Notes: generated from the letters alone by a model not told the origin. 64,000 nucleotides of DNA from Fonticula alba ATCC 38817 (GCA_000388065.2 KB932201.1); one strand, 5' to 3'. Shown: positions 22,227 through 37,300, counted from the first letter of the stretch. Numbers and translations: made by a program.

Positions 22227-25200
22227 GCCCCTCTTCGGCGCCCGTGACATGGCACCTGAGACGCGGCGAAGCACCGGAATCTGGCATGCCTCCTTCTCCC
22301 GCGCCCTGTTGCCCGGCCCATGCTTGGGTACGCACCACCACCGCCACGACGACCGGCCGGCCGGTCGGATCCAACGGAGCACACTCGACCACGCGCAGGA
22401 CCTCCAGCGGCGGCCCGTACGGGGCGATGGCCAGCTTCCGGCTGAAGTCATGCTGAGACCGGTGGGCCTCGGCTGCCGAGGCGCCGGGTGTTCCGCCGCA
22501 GGCGCGCGCATGGCGCGACGTCGGCCGGACGCTGATCAGCACGGTGGTGCCGAGCCCCGGGTCGGCGAGGGTCGAGGGGGTGGCGAAGGCGGCGGCGGCG
22601 GCGGCGGCGGCCGGGCCGTCGGCCGGCCCGCCACCGGGGGTGGCTCCGGCCCACATGCCGGGCCCGGTGTACCCGGCCACCGGCGGCGGGCTCAGGTCCA
22701 CCGGCAGGACGCACGACTGGCCCGGGCCGATGATTTGCCGGGACTCATGCTCGCGCATGTCGGTCCGGCCGAAGAAGCCCACGGTGCCCGGGTGGCTGGG
22801 CTCCTGGCGGGCGGTCACCCGGAGCTCGAATGTCCGGGCACAGGCATTGACCCCGCGAATGGGGGCCGCCAAAACCAGGCGCCGGCTCTGGCCGCCCTGC
22901 ACCAGCGACGCCCCGATGGTGACCGAGCGCAAGTGCGGCGCCAGGCGGAACTGGCTGTCATTCTGGCAGGGCGGGAAGCGCCGGGCCAAGTCCGGGCCCA
23001 GGGACGCCGGGTGCCGGGCCTTGCGGAAGTGCAGGAGACGCTCGCTCTCCGAGCTGAGGGCCTGCCCGAGCCCGGTCAGATGCGTGCCGACATGCGACCC
23101 GGAGCTTGGCGAGGGTGGCGGCATGCCGCCGGGCCGGGCCCGGGGCCCGGGCTCGGTGCTGCTCGGGCCGGTGCTCGGAGTCAGCACCCGCGAGGAGACC
23201 GACGCCGTCAGGGCCCGCAGCGACACCACCCGCTCGTAGTAGATGAATGTCTCCCCGAGGGCAGCGGCCGTGGCGGCCGACGCCTCCAACAGGCTCCCCC
23301 CGAGGGTGAGGGTCTTTTCGTGGCCCGGCGGGCTGATGGCCGAGTGGCCCGGGCCGCGGCCGGGGGACCCGGGCTCCGCCCCGGGCAGGCGCATCATGAC
23401 CGGCGGCGCTGGCACGCATAGCGTGATGCGGACCAGGTGGTGGTGCTTCGGCTGCGCCGGCCGACGGGCGCGCATGCGGCATGTGTGTGTGTGTGAGAGA
23501 GAGAGAGGGAAAAAAAAACAGAGGCAGCGGCGGGGCGGGGCGACAGGAGAAGAGGGGACCCAGGGAAACAGGACGGGGCGGGGGGCGGGCAACGCGAGAG
23601 GCCGGCCGGGGAGGCGGACCACACGACATCCGGGTCGCAAGGGGCCGCCACAGTGCGCGCACGTCCCCCTCCCCCCCCCGCCTCCCGAAGCATGCAGATG
23701 GCTGGGAGCACGCCACGCACCAGCACCCCGCCGGTGACTTCCTCCTCGAAGGCACTGTAGAAGTACTCCTGGCCGTGGGGGACGGCGGCCGGGGCGTGGC
23801 CCGGGCGCGGCCGGACCCTGAGCGCCTGCCCCGGGGCAAACTCCACCGGGGCGCCGCTGCTGCCGGGGATGAGGGCGGCCAGGCGCTCCTCGATGCACCG
23901 CTCGACCGGGGTCACAAAGACCGCCAAGCCGGTGGCATTGACAATGGAGAAGGGCGCCCAGGCCGGGATGAAGGCCAGGCGGGCGGCGAGGTCGCGCGCT
24001 GCGGCCCCCGGGCGCACGGTCATCGGCCCGGGCGAGGCCGGCCCCGGGGCCGGAGACCAGACCCCGGCATCGGCCTCGCCACCGGCCCGGGGCCCGGCCA
24101 CCGGCGGGCCGGCCCCCGGCCGCCGCCCGGGCTCACCCCCATCCGAGGCACTCCACACGAGGATCTCCCGGAGCAGGCTGTCGCTCAGGGTGAAGTCCAG
24201 CATCTCCGGCGTGTGTAGCATGACGCGCATGGCCCCGCGGCCTTGGTCGCGGGCCAGGCGCAGGTCCACCGTGCGGGAGATCACCCGCCGGGCGCCCGGG
24301 CCCCAGGCCGGCAGGCGTGGCCAGGGGGAGGGCGCATTGGCCGGCAGGTGGCGCCGGTGCCAGGCAGCCGGTCGCAAGCCGGCCGCCCAGTCCCGGAGCT
24401 GCAGGCGCCGTGACGACCCGTGCCGGGCGGAGGCCGGGGCCCCGGCCGCCGTCGAGGCGCTCAGGGCCACCAGCTTGGACACCACGGCCGAGGTGTCGCC
24501 GCCGCTGGTGGCCAGCGGGTCGCGGTCGCCGGCCCCGGCGCCCGGCTCGGTGCGACTCGGCTCCAGGACCACATGCCAGCTGAGGGACGACCGGTCAAAG
24601 CGGTAGATGGCCACCGGCCCGAGGGAAAAGCGCGCCTCGATCTGTGGCCCCCCGGCCGGCAGGGGCCCATTCGGGCGGTTGGTTTGGCGTGTGGGTGTGG
24701 TTGTGGGCGTGGTCGGCGGTCGGGGCGTGGGTTGGTCCCACATCAGGCAGGGGCGTCGAGCGGCATCGCAAAGGGTCAGCATCGGGCGCGCGCGCGGGGG
24801 GGGGGGGGGGGGACACTCGCAAATGGGTACAGCCACAGGCCCGGCCAGCCTGCCGCCGGCGGGGCACGTACATCGCCCGAGGTCCAGTTCAACATCCACG
24901 CCTCGAGGCCGGCCAGGCGGACATACAGCACCGGCAGGCCGACCCAGTCGCGCGCGGCCACGATGAGCGGTGCCTGGCAGCCGCCCGATGCCGAGCGCTG
25001 CCCGGGGCACGGGCCGGCGGTGGGCCCCTTCGGGGCCGCGCCCGCGCTCGCGCCCGCCGCGGCCGGTGCTTGCCGGCCGGCCGACACCGACCGGCTGGTG
25101 GCATGCGGCACGCCGGCCACCCCGACACTGGTGGACACATGCAAGTGCAATGCCTCGACCATGATGTCCACGCGCTCGAACGCCGGCAGCACTGGCTCCT

Positions 25201-28200
25201 GGCTGGTGCCGGGCCGCTTGCTGGCCGGAACGTCTGCGGCCAGCGGGCATCCGGGCCCAGAAGCCGGGCAGGGGTCACACGGTCAGATGGACAGCGGCCG
25301 CACCCGGGACAGACCAACCCCCCGGAGGGCGGCCTGACAAGGCGCAGAAGTCGCAGGGAAAAGGCCCCCCCCCCCCCCCCCGCCTGCCCGCCTCGGGCAA
25401 AGTAGCCCACGCCTGGGGAACATACCCGGCCGGGGCGACGCCACCAGGGCCAAATCCAGGGGGTCCAGGGCGCCGGTGCGCGGGCGCAGGCCGCACCCCG
25501 GGGGCAGATGCTGCAGGCGTGGGACCGCCCGCAGGCGATCGGCCTCCAGGAGTTGTTCCACCCGCACTGGGCCGCCGGGGGCCGGGGGGTCGGGCGCGGC
25601 CGGGGCCACTTCCGACGGGCCGCCGGCCCCGAGGATGGACGGCACCTCGGCCGTCGGGTCGACTTGCAGGAAGCGCGACCGGTCGATGGTGGCCAGCACG
25701 GCCCCCACCACATCGGTCAGGGCATGGAGGCTGCCCCCGAGGCCGGTGGTGTTTCCCAGCAAAGACAGCGGCGTGGACAGCTGCTGGCTCGGGGCCGGCA
25801 CATGCAAGTGCATGACCACCGGCGACAGGTGCAGGCGCACCAGCGTGGCCGGGCGCATGGGCGGCAGCCAGATGGCCTGCAGGCCGACATCCGACTGGCC
25901 GGCCCCCGCCCCCGGGGGCCCGGCCGACGAGGCGGTCGACGCGGCGCTGGCCGGGCGCGTGCCGCCGGCGGCCATCTGCCGGCCCGAGTCCCCCGGGGCG
26001 GCCATGACGCACGAAAGCAGGGCATCCGGCACGAGCCACGGGTCCGGGCGGATGCTCCACCGGATGCCATCGGCCGGGGGGGCTGGCGAGGGGGCGTCGT
26101 CCGGCTGGCCGGGGTGGGCGGCCCCGGCTGCCGGGGGATGCCCGGGCCCCCGGGGCCCTGGGCCGGCCAGGGCGCCCGGCGCGCGCGGCTCCGGCACCGC
26201 GTGCCGATACCCGAAGCCAATGTCCACGCCCATGTCGGCCATGCCGGCCGGGCCGACGGACGACAGGGCCGACGAGTGCCGGAGCAGCGGCACGAAGCCG
26301 GCCCAATCGGCGCTCAGGGCCACCAGCAGCGCGGCATAATCGTCGGCCATGGTGTCGTGCGTGCATGGCGAGGGGGCCGGGGCCGCCGGGGCCGCCGGGG
26401 CCGCCGGGGCCGCCGGGGCCGCCGGGGCCGCCGGGGCCGCCGGGGCCGCCGGGCCCGGCATGCCGGCCGCCCCGCGCGCCAGGAACACCCGCTGCCCGGT
26501 GTCCGCCAGCAGGCCGCGCACCGACACCCCCAGCTCGAAGCCCGAGGCGTGGAGCTCCAGCGAGCTGAGGTCCACCCGGAGGCAGGACTCCAGCGCGTCG
26601 TCCTCGTCGGCCGGCACCCCGCGCAGGAGGATGCGCGAGGGCCCCAGGGAGAAGGCCGCACGCGTGAGGTACGGCTCGAGGCGCGGGGGCCCGGCCGGGG
26701 CGGCCGGCCCGCCGGGGCCACCGGTGCCCACGCCCGGGGCCGAGGGCGCGCCGGCGCCCGTGGCCGCGCCCGTGGCCGGCCAGAACTGACACGCATGCCA
26801 GTAGGCCACCAGGCCGGCATCGGCCAGGCGCAGGCCCAGCGGCTGGTGCACGAAGGCGCTGCTGGCCCGGGCGGCGGCCCAGTCGGCCGGCACGCGGCCG
26901 GCCCGGCTGGCCATCTGCGAGCCGGTGATGCCGGCGCAGGCCACCCGCACCGAGGGGGACGGCGTGACCGAGGCCGCCGAGCCGGACAACATCGGCACCA
27001 TGACCGGCGCCTCGACCTGGTACTGGAGCTGCACCGCCCGGATGCGCAGGTACTCCGCGTGGCTGGTGGGGGCCAGCGGCGCGCCGGGGCCGGGCCCGGG
27101 GCCGGTGGTCGCCGCCGCCGCCGCCGCCGCCATCGCCGCCGCCATCGCCGCCGGCGTCGCCACACTCAGGACATTGGACGCGAGCAGGGCATCCGGGATG
27201 AGAACCGCCACACGGGTGGCCCCCTGGACGGCCTCGCCCTCGGCCACCTGCAGGCGGACCTTGGCCCCGGAGTACAGCCGGAACCATGCGAACCAGTCGA
27301 CCTGCTCGGCGCAGGTGGGCCCGGCACAGGCGCCGGCCCAGCGGCTCAGCCGGGCCGACTGGTTCAGCCGGCCGCCGGCCGGCGGCATCGGCAAGAACCC
27401 CGGCGCCAGCGACCCGCCGGCGGGCCGATCGCCAGCCGGCCGGAGCCCCGGCCGCACGACGAAGTGCGTGGCCGGCGACTGTCCCAGGAACACCAGCTGG
27501 TCGCCGACCACCACCGACAAGTCCAGCCACACATGGGGATGGGGCCCGGTGGCTGGGCCGGCGGCCCCGGCCGGGGGCGGCTCGTCGCCCGGGCCCGGCC
27601 CGGTCGGCCGCGGGCTGGCCGGCGCCGAGGAGGCCGCCGAGCCGGCCCCGGCCGTTTGGGCCTCCTGCGCGATGGGGTTGGCCAGCCAGGAGATGGCCAG
27701 CCCGATGACATTGCTCAGCGCCCAATCGGCCAGGTGCCACTCGCCGCTACCGATGAGCACCTGCCCCGAGAGGGAGGGATTGAACACCGGCAGGTAGGCC
27801 ATGCCCGAGGGGTCGTGCTCCTCCTGCTCGAATTCCAGCGGCTCGGTGGCCGTGCGATCGGCCAGGCCCTCGATCGGGGCCCGGAGCTCGGCATCCAGCG
27901 GGTCGCCCGGGGCCGTGGGCGAGCCGGGCCGCGAGGCGGCCGGCTCCGGGCCCGGGTCCAGCCCGGCCGCCAGCCCCCGGCAAAAGCGCACCCAGTCGGC
28001 CGGGCGCGATTCGAAGATCGGCTGACTGAAGCCCGCCCACCCGGCGATGCCCTCGGCCAGGCGGTGGGACTCGGCGCAATCCGGCCGCCGGACCGACAGC
28101 GTCACCGGGCGCACGGACGCCAGCCACCGGTTGGCCAGGGCGATGGTGGTGTCTGCCGGGGGGCCGGCGGTGGCGGGACCGCGGCCCGGGGCTGGGGCTG

Positions 28201-31096
28201 GGGCCGGGCGCCGGGCACCGGGCTCGCCGGGGCCGGTGCCCGCCTCGCCGCCACGCGCCGCCAGCATGTCCGTCAGGCACTCGGACAGGTGCGCGTGCGG
28301 CCAGGCCCGCAGGGAGAGCTCCGGCCGCAGCCGCACCAGCAGCCCGCCCGGCTGCAGGATGACACTCGGCATGTCGGCCAGCCGGGGGCGCTCCGCCTGG
28401 GGCGAGCTCCGCGAGGAGTCCCGCGGATCCAGCACCAGCTCCAGCACCGGCACCTCCACCCGAGCATCCAGCGAATTGAGCCAAATCAGCGGCCCGGTGG
28501 CCGGGGCCTTTGCCGGCCGGGCCGGGGCCGGGGCCGGGGCCGGGGCCGGCATCGCCCCGGGCCCATGCCCGGGGCTTGGGCCCCTGGCCGTGGCTCGATC
28601 CGGCGGGCCGCCATGCCGATGGCCGGCCGCCGGCCACAACTCCAAGGAGCTGGCCCCGATGCTGGGCACCGCCAGGGCCATGGGCCGGCCCGCGGGGCCG
28701 GGCGACCGGGGCGACCGGGGCGGCGGCGATGGCGGCGGCGATGGCGGCGGCGACCGGGGCGGCGAGACCCCCGGCGAGGTGATCGGGCTGCTGGGCCAGC
28801 TGAGGTCGCCCGGGGCCCCGGAGCCGGGGAGGCCACCCCCGGCGGCCGGGCCGGAGACCGGCCGCGAGGTGGCCACACTGACCAGGGTCAGGATGATGCT
28901 GACCATGCTGTCGATCATTTCCCGGTGGACAACCACACGCAGGGCACGCGACACATCGACCCGCGCGTGGAGGCTCATGGCCGGGCCACGGCGAAGGGCC
29001 GGCCGCGCGGGCTGGCCATCGGCCGTCTGCCAGCCGGGCCCGGCGGGGCCGGCCTCCGGGCACACCGGCTCCAGCTGGCCGCCGGGCCCGGCTCGAGCCA
29101 GGACATTCTGCCGGCCGGCCGACTCCGGCAAGTCCGACAGCGGCCCGGGCCGCGCGTGCACCGACACCTTGGCCACCAGCAGCGGCCCGGGCGCGGCGGA
29201 CCCCTCGCGGATGTACTGATCGCAGCAGTGGTCATGGTCCGGCGGGGCCAGGCCGGCGGCGGCGGCGGCGGCCGGCCGCGGGCGGAACTGCTGCAGCAGG
29301 CTGCCACACGGACCACGAGTGCGCCGCGCATGGAGCCCATCGAACTCCCAGCTGACCCCGAGCCGCGGGGCCAGGCGCTGCGTGGAGGAGTCCATCTCCA
29401 CCGGCAGGCCGCAAGATTGGAGGATTTCCAAGGGGGGCATGGGCTCGAAGGCGGCCGGGTCGGCGCTGGCCCCGGCCACCGGCCGGGTCAGGCGCAGCCG
29501 CAGCCGGTGCTGATCGAAGGCCTGGCGCATGAGCGGATCCACCGCCTCGCCGGTCAGGAAGAGCACCGGGTCCGAGGGCCGCAGGACCAGCCACACGCGC
29601 GAGGCTCCGAAGAAGAGGTGCGAGTCGTAGCGGCCCCGGGGCCCGGGGGCGGGGGACCCGGGCCCGGCCGACCCGGGGCCCATCCCCGGCCGGGCATCCC
29701 CCCCCCCGGCCGGGCAGCCGCCGGTCGCTCGAAAGTGGGCCCAGTCCGGCAGGGCCACCGTCACCCCGGCCAGGCTGATGCGTGCGGACCATTCGTCCGG
29801 CACGCTGAGCGTGTCGACCACCTGGTCCTGCGGCGGGAGGGCGCGGTCTTCGAGGGCCGCCGGCTCGGGCCCGGCGCCCGGCTGCACCCCCAGGGCCAGG
29901 AGGTCCTCCACCGACAGGCCCAATCGCGGGAGGGTGGCGGCCTGGGGCCCGGGGGCCGGCGGCGGGCCGCGGGCCGGCGGCACACCGGCGCCGCCCCCCC
30001 GGTCCCCGGCCGCCGCCGAGTGGTGCTCGGTAGCCTTGGCCATGGCGGCCCGACGCGAGGCGGCCCACATTTCCGCCCGGAGTTGGCGGATTCGGTGGGC
30101 CTCGTCCACCAGCTGCTGCGACTCGGCCAGGGCCAGCCGCGGGATGTCCAGCAGCCGGCGCAGGCTGGCCGGGCACAGGCGCACCGACACCGGCGTCCAG
30201 GAGTCGCACTCCAGGCTGTAGTGCGACCAGCTGGCGGCCGACCAGCGGATCGGCATGAAGCCGGACACGCTTCGCCGGCCGTGGCCGATGGTCACCGGCA
30301 GCTCCAGGGCCAGGCCCCGGCGGTCGAGCGACGAGATCCGCAGGGCCAGCTTGACCCCCGGCGAGCCGCCTCCTTGGGCGTTCTGCGGCAGCGGGCTCCC
30401 GGGCCAGTTGCCTGGGCATTCGCCCGAGGGCCCCGAGCGCGCGAGTTCAGGGTGCGGCGGCCGCCGAGCCGAGCACCGGCCGGGCCATGGAGACCGATTG
30501 TCAGGCGCTGGACTGGCGGGCGAGGGGCGCGGGGCGCGGGGCGCGGGGCGCGGGGCGCGGGGCGCGGGGGGCTGGCAGACGGCGTGCCGGTCGCCCCCGG
30601 CCCCCCTCCCGCGCCGGATGCCGCGCCATGAGCAGGTGTGTTTCGGGGGCGCCTGAGGGCCCAGGCGCCGGGCCGACACGCGGCACGCACCATCTGTCGA
30701 GAGGATGAAACTCTCGCCGCCCGCACGCGAGTGCATCTCATTGACATTGGCCGAGCCCAGCATGACCGACATGCTGAGGAAGGAGGTCTCCGAGAGGACG
30801 GCCTCGCGGTCGAACTTGGCCAGGTGGCTGCCGGGCTGGGTGGCCGGGACCCCGGGGCCGGCACCGGGCGGAGGCCCCCCGGCCCCGGGGGCCGGCGTCT
30901 CGCCCGGGGCCCCGGCCGAGAGGATCCCACCGCCGGCCGGGCGCGGCCGGGCCCCGGCCCACGTCGGCCGGATGGTCGTGTACCAGAGGGCCCGCACGGC
31001 GACCATCTTCAGCCGGGCCTCGGCCACATGCTTCTCGGACCTGCTCCCCGGCGGCCATGCAAGCATATGGGCCCGAGCGAGACGCAAGCGAGGCAG

Positions 31097-31127
<31 letters not shown>

Positions 31128-34100
31128 ACTCCAGCCCCCCCCCAATCTCGTATCCCCCCCCCCGTATCCCCCGCATCCCCCGCATCCCCCATCGCCCCGC
31201 GAACACAGAAGGCCGGCCGGCGTCGAGGAGACAATACAACAGGCTTGAGCGGTCAGAACCAGGGCAGGGCGGGCAGCAGCGGCTCCGGGAGGGGCGCGGG
31301 CACGCAGGCGGCCGGGTCGGCCGCCACCTTGGCCAGGACGCACCGCGGGTGCCAGGCCTGCACGGAGATATCCTCCACCAGGAGGCTGATGCCGAACATG
31401 GGCCGGCGGATGGCCCCGCCGCGGCCCGGCTCCGCGGCCGGGCGCGACCACTGCAACGGCGCAAAGGGGGCGATCATTTCGTTCTGCTGCCCGGGCGGGA
31501 CAAACCCACACCCGGGGCAGGGGGCAAAGGGGTCGGCGGCCGAGCGCTCGGCCGCCCGGGCGTGCTCCGTGCAGAAGCCCACCAGGCCGCGCTGGCCGCC
31601 GGCTCCGGCCGTGGCATTGCGCAGGATCTCCACCAGGGCCTCCCGGGCCAGGGCAAACTCCCCGACCGCTTGGCGCTCATCGCGCGCATTCCCATCGAAG
31701 CCCGGGGCCGCGCGCCCGGCCAGCCCATCGTCCGACAGGGCCCGCGGGCCGAAGGCGATGTCGGCCGGCCGGCGGTGGAGCTCCGGCAGCCCGGCCAGTC
31801 GCTGGGCCCGCAGCCAGTATGCCTGGCGGATGTCGGCCTCCAGCGGCGGCGACTGGGCCCGGGGGAGGGGGCCACCGGCGGCCGGGGCCTCCCCCCCCGG
31901 CGGCGATGGCGGCCGCCCGTCCGGCGACCGGGTGTGCCGGTGTCGGCGGGTGTCGGCCCCGGCACACGGCCCCGGGTCCCCGGCCAGGGCGGCCGCATCG
32001 TCATGCAGCCGCTCCAACTCCTGGCTGAAGTCCCGGGCCGCGATGCCGGGCCCGGGCCGCAACAAAGCCGGGGACTTGGCCCCGGCAGCCGGGTCGGCCT
32101 TGTCCTCGGCCGCCATGGCGGCGGCCACCACGTCGGCCAGGGGCACCGGCCGGCGCCGGCCCGGGAGCCTTTGCGCCGGCTTCACGGCCGCCAAGCCGGC
32201 ATCCGGCTCGCGATTAATCCAGAAGGCAATCTCCCGGGCCGGGGCCGGCGGGGTGGCCCCGGGCCGACGTCCAGCCGGCGGCCCGGGCCGGTCGGGCATC
32301 GGCCCCGGCGGCTGGGCCCCCGGCGAGGGGCCGAGCCCGGCCGGTCCAAGCCCCGGCGGCTGGGCAGACACCCCCCCGGGGGGGGACCGGCCCCAGGCCG
32401 GGGGGCTGCCGCCCGGGAGAACCGGCCGCCCGGCCAGCTCCAGCAGGCTGGCACTGGCGGTGATGCCCTGCTCGCCGATGGCCGGGGCAAGGAGCCCGTC
32501 CGAGTCGCTGGCCGATCGACTGGCCGGCGGGGGGGACACCGACCCCGGGGGCGCGGCGGCCCCGGCCGGCAGGCCGCCCCCCCGGGTGCCGGGTGTCTCG
32601 GCCCCGGGGGCGGCCTGCAGGAGGTCCTCCAGGGTGTCGGACTCGAACAGCGGGTCCGCCTGGTCGAGGATGGCCCGCAGCCGGCCGGCCGGTTGCCGGG
32701 GCCCGGCCGTGCGGCCAAGCCCCGGCCCCGGCGGCAGGACCTGCTCCTCCAGGGGGACATTCAGACCGTGGGCCAGCTGCTGCTGACGCAGATACTGCCG
32801 CAGGGCCAGCGGGTCCTCCAGGTCCGGCGGGGTGACATCCGGCGGGGACACGCACCCCGGCGACCGGGCCCCCGTGGGATCCGGGCTGCCCTGCAGCCCG
32901 GAATACCACGACCCGGGCGACAGGCCATGCCCCTCGTCACCGGCATCCCCGGGGCCCGGGCCACCGGCGGCGCACCCGGCCCCCAGGCGCTCGCTCAGCC
33001 AGGGGACCGTCCGGCGGATGTCCTGGCAGGCGGCGCACGCGCTCTCCAGGAAGCCGCTGAGGCTGCAGAAGAAGGCCTCCTCGAAGGCGGCGTCCGGCTG
33101 GGGCGCCTTGGTCGGCGGTCCGGCCGGCGGGGCCGCCGCCCCGGGCCCGGGGCCCATCGAGCCGGCCGGGGCCGTGTCGCCCGGCGCAAAGCCGCCGGCC
33201 GCCAGGGCCAACGTCGGCGAGGGGGGCTCCTGCCCGGCCAGGTCGCCGCTGGCATTGAGGATCTGCCGGAGGGAGTCGGCCACGCGAATGCACGAGGCAA
33301 TGGTGGCCGGGGACAGGTGGAACACCAGGCGCTGGCCCTTGCCCGAGGGGGCCACTCGGTCGGCCTCGCCCGGGGGGCCCGGGCTCCGCATGGCCGCCGG
33401 GGTCATCGGCACGCCCGGTCCCGGGCCCACGGCCGGGGCGGCGCCGGTCGAGCCGGGCCCCGGGGCCGGTGCCGTCCGCGGCCCGGTCGCGGCCGACGCC
33501 GTCCGCGCGAAGAGGCTCTCCCGCACATTGGCCGGCAGCTTGGCGATCTGCTCCGGCGTCAGGGGGATCGATTGGATGGGGGACACCGGGATCGGCGAGG
33601 CGCGCACCGACTCCGACAGGAGTCCGGGCAGGCTCGGGGCCATGTGCGCATCGGCCGGCACCACCGGGTGCGATTGGCCCAGCAGCGACAGCGACACAAA
33701 GATCCCCGGCGACCGGGCGAAGATGTGCGGCGGCGGCGGCACCCAGCCCGGGCGCTCAAGCTGCTGCCCAAGCGGGCCGCGGGGGTCTTCCTCGCCCGGG
33801 CCGGGCTTGGCGGGCGGAGTGACCCCGGCCTCGGCCTCGGCCTCGGGGGCGGCCCACCCATCGGGCCCCGGCGGGTGACCGGAGGCCGGGCCTGGCGGGC
33901 CATGCACGGTGGCCGCCTCGGAGTCGAGCACCCCGACGCGGGACATCCGGGCCAGGTTCTGCGTGGTGATGCTTTGCCCCGGGCGCGGTTGGCCATAATC
34001 CAGGAAGGCCTTCGTGAGGGGCGGCTGCTCGAAGAGCACGCAGCTGATGGAGATTTCCAGGCGCTGTCCCGGGACGGATTTGCCAACCGGCCGCAGGGCC

Positions 34101-34296
34101 CCGGTCGGGTGAGGGGGGCATCCAGGTCAGCTCATCTGGCAGGCAGGCCGGGCCCACAGGCCGGCATCCCCGGCAACAGCGACACCTGCCCGGCACCTGG
34201 CACCTGGCAATGGGCCGTGCGAAGCCCTCCGCCAGGGAGACCCTGCGCCCTCCTGGCCCTCGCCTCGCCCTCGGCTCATTGTACATGCACAAACAC

Positions 34297-34337
<41 letters not shown>

Positions 34338-37300
34338 CAGGATGACAGCGCACCACACAGGGGACAAAGCCAAAAAGCACGGTCTTCGACCGGGCCCCGG
34401 CGCCGGGGCCGGAGCTGATGCCGGCACTGGCGGCCGGCCCCGGCACCGGGGCCGGAGCCGGGGCCGGGGCCGGGGCCAGCCCGCCCCCGGGGAAGGTGAT
34501 GCGCGGCTCGCCCGGCAGGACGAAGAGCGTGCGCAAGGCCCGCCGCGAACAGGGCGACAGGTAGACCAGCGAGTTGAGGATGTCCAGGCGATAGGTGTCA
34601 TAGAAGAGCGGCCACAGGACATGGCGGATGAAGTCCATCGGCAGGCTGGCCAAGCCGTCGGTGGCACTCAACGGCCGCTGGTGGGCCCCCTGGTCCACCA
34701 GGCGCTGGAGGCCCTGCTGCAGGAGGATGGTCGAGTACAGTGGCGGCGGCAGGTGCAGGCGCAGGGCATCGCCGATCTTCCCCCGGGCACAGGCGGTGGT
34801 GGAAATGCGCACGGTGTCCGGCGCCAGGAGAATGACCGGCGTATGGTGCAGCACCGAGTACTCGGTGGGGAAGGCGATGATCGGGCTGTCCAACGCCTCA
34901 AGGGTCACATGGATGACGTTCGGGAAGACCTTCACCGAGTACAGGGACCCGAGGGAGCGCTGCGGCACGGGGGCAGCGAGCAAGCGCGAGCCCGAGCGGT
35001 CGAAGGACGCCGGGGGGTGGGCCGGCCAGCGGCGTCGGGGGTTTTGGAGGGCATGGCGTCGTGCGCGCACGAGCACGAGAACACATGAGCGTGTGTACAG
35101 GGGAGGCGGGGAGGGGGGGGGGGGCGAGAGACAGAGAGAGGGGGCGAAATGAGGGAACCAACAGGCACGGGACACATGGCACAAGGATGGGGGCAGGCAA
35201 AAGGGCATGGAGGCGGGCGCGGATGCCCGGGACCCGAGACCGGCGCCGAGGGGCCAGGTCGCGGCCCCGTGCCAAGAGGGGGCCCGGCATGGTGTTGGCA
35301 GTCAGTCAGTCAGTCAGTCGGTTCGAAGGCAGCCAAAGACACTGGCACATGCTCGGGCCCCCGGGGGCACTTGGGCATTTCACCACGGCACGCACATAGA
35401 CCGCGTCATCGGCGATCAGGAAGAAGGCGATGATGGCATTGACCACCTCGTGGCGGATGAGCAACCGAGCGCCGGAGGCCGACACCTGGACCCACTGCGA
35501 CCCGGCGGCCAGCTCATAGTCACTGCGGTCCCACTCATCCAGCACGCCCCAGGCATCGCGACGGTCGGCCTCCAGGTGCTGCCCGGGCGGGGCACTGGCA
35601 TAATCCTCGGCCAGGGGCTCGGCCGCGAAGAGGCGCGCATGGCCGCCCCCGGCCCGGGGAGTCCGCGGCCCGGTGGCCGACCCGGGCTGCGAAGCCGAGG
35701 AGGCAGGCCCGGAAGAGGGCGACACCGGGGTCGGCCCGGTGCCCACGAAGGACCCCGGCCGGAGGTGCCCATACGCCGCCGGGCCATCGTCCCCCAGGGA
35801 CCGGAGCTGCCCGAGCAGGCCGCCATCCGACAGGATCGAGCTTTGCAAGATGCTCAGCACCTGACGCATGAGGGCCGTGGTGTCGGTGGTGTAGCCAGCC
35901 ACGCGGCCCATGAGCCCCGGGAAGCGGAAGGCCATCTTCAGCAGGGCGGTTTTGCTGAGCTTCTGGGACCGGGCCAGGACCATGTTGACGGCCGCGCGAA
36001 TGGGCTCCACCAGGGCCCGGCGCATGGCGCTGGCCAGCATGCCCTCTTGCTCCAGGGACTGCTCGATGGCCTCGCTTTGCAGGCGGTACCACTCGATCAG
36101 GTCCGGCGGCAGGGCCGACGACGGCCCGGGGGTGACGTGCGCCGTCGGCACGAAGCTCATGTGGTAGCGGACCTTCAGCGGGTGGTCCATGCTCAGGGTG
36201 GTCAGCCCGAGCCAGCTACACTGGCTGGCATCGGCCCCGGCGGCCCCGGGCAGGGTGCCGCTGCCGCTGCCCACGCGAGCCGCCCCCGGCGGCGGGGTCC
36301 CCGTCAAGCGAGACATATCCTCGCCGGGCTGGCGGCCGCCCACCACGAAGAAGGGCACCGGCTCGCGCTGGTCCGCGGAGATCCTGGCCGCCAGGCCGGC
36401 CTGCTGGGCGGGCAGCGGCCCGTGCGCCGGTTCTCGGCGTGCGGCTCCCCGCGTGTCGGTGATCGAAATTTTCTGCCCTCCCCCATGTCCGGCCGCCGGC
36501 CAGGGTCACATGCAGCATGTCGCGCATCGTCGCCGCCGACGCCACACCGGGACCCAGTGGCCAGGCCGAGCAGTGGCGATGCCCCGGGGGGGGGGGGGGG
36601 AACCGGGCCGCGAGGATCGCGCGAAGAAAGAAGGAAGGAGCAAGGGGGGGAAAGGCGGAACACGGTCAGCGGCGTCCGGGAGGGCATTCGGCCGGGGGGG
36701 GGGGCACGGTGGCGGCGGCGGCGGCAGCGACGGCGGTGGCCCACGGCCAGGGGCCCGCACAGGCGGGGCAGCCCGCAAGAGCCCCGGACGCCGGGGGAAA
36801 CAACCGCTCCCGGGACGCACCTCGCACGAGGCACTGATGACGATGCCGGAATTCCGGATGACCACCGACAGACGGACATCCACCGTGCGGATGGTCATGG
36901 CCGGGTACTTGGCCGACCGGCCGAGCAGCTCGACCACGCCCCAGGGCGCGGCCGCGGGCCCGGCAGCCGTCGGCCCGGCGGGCGCTTGGAGCAAGCCACG
37001 GGTCGGGGAATCGCGCACGATGCACGACCCGGCATGGCGCCGGGCCCAGGACTCCTCGCCGGGGATGTACTCGCGGCCGGGCACAAAGCCGGCAGCCACC
37101 ACCTCGATGCGCGCGGCCAGGAACCCATCGAAGCGGAAGCGCCGCGGGATGACGCCCCCCCCGCCGCCATAGGTCAGGGCCAGGGGGCTGTTGCCGGAGT
37201 GGGGCAGGTGCTCCGGCGGGGCGGACCCATCGGCCGGGAGGGCCCCATCGGCGCACTCGGCCAGCCAGGCGCGCACGTGCTCGCGCATGGCGGCCACCGC

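Noticed and set aside
26365-26568. Plus-strand ORF with collagen-like (GPP)x8
   Set aside because: It is the antisense reading of the (GGGGCCGCC)8 repeat inside VPS13 exon 6; there is no signal peptide or independent gene structure.
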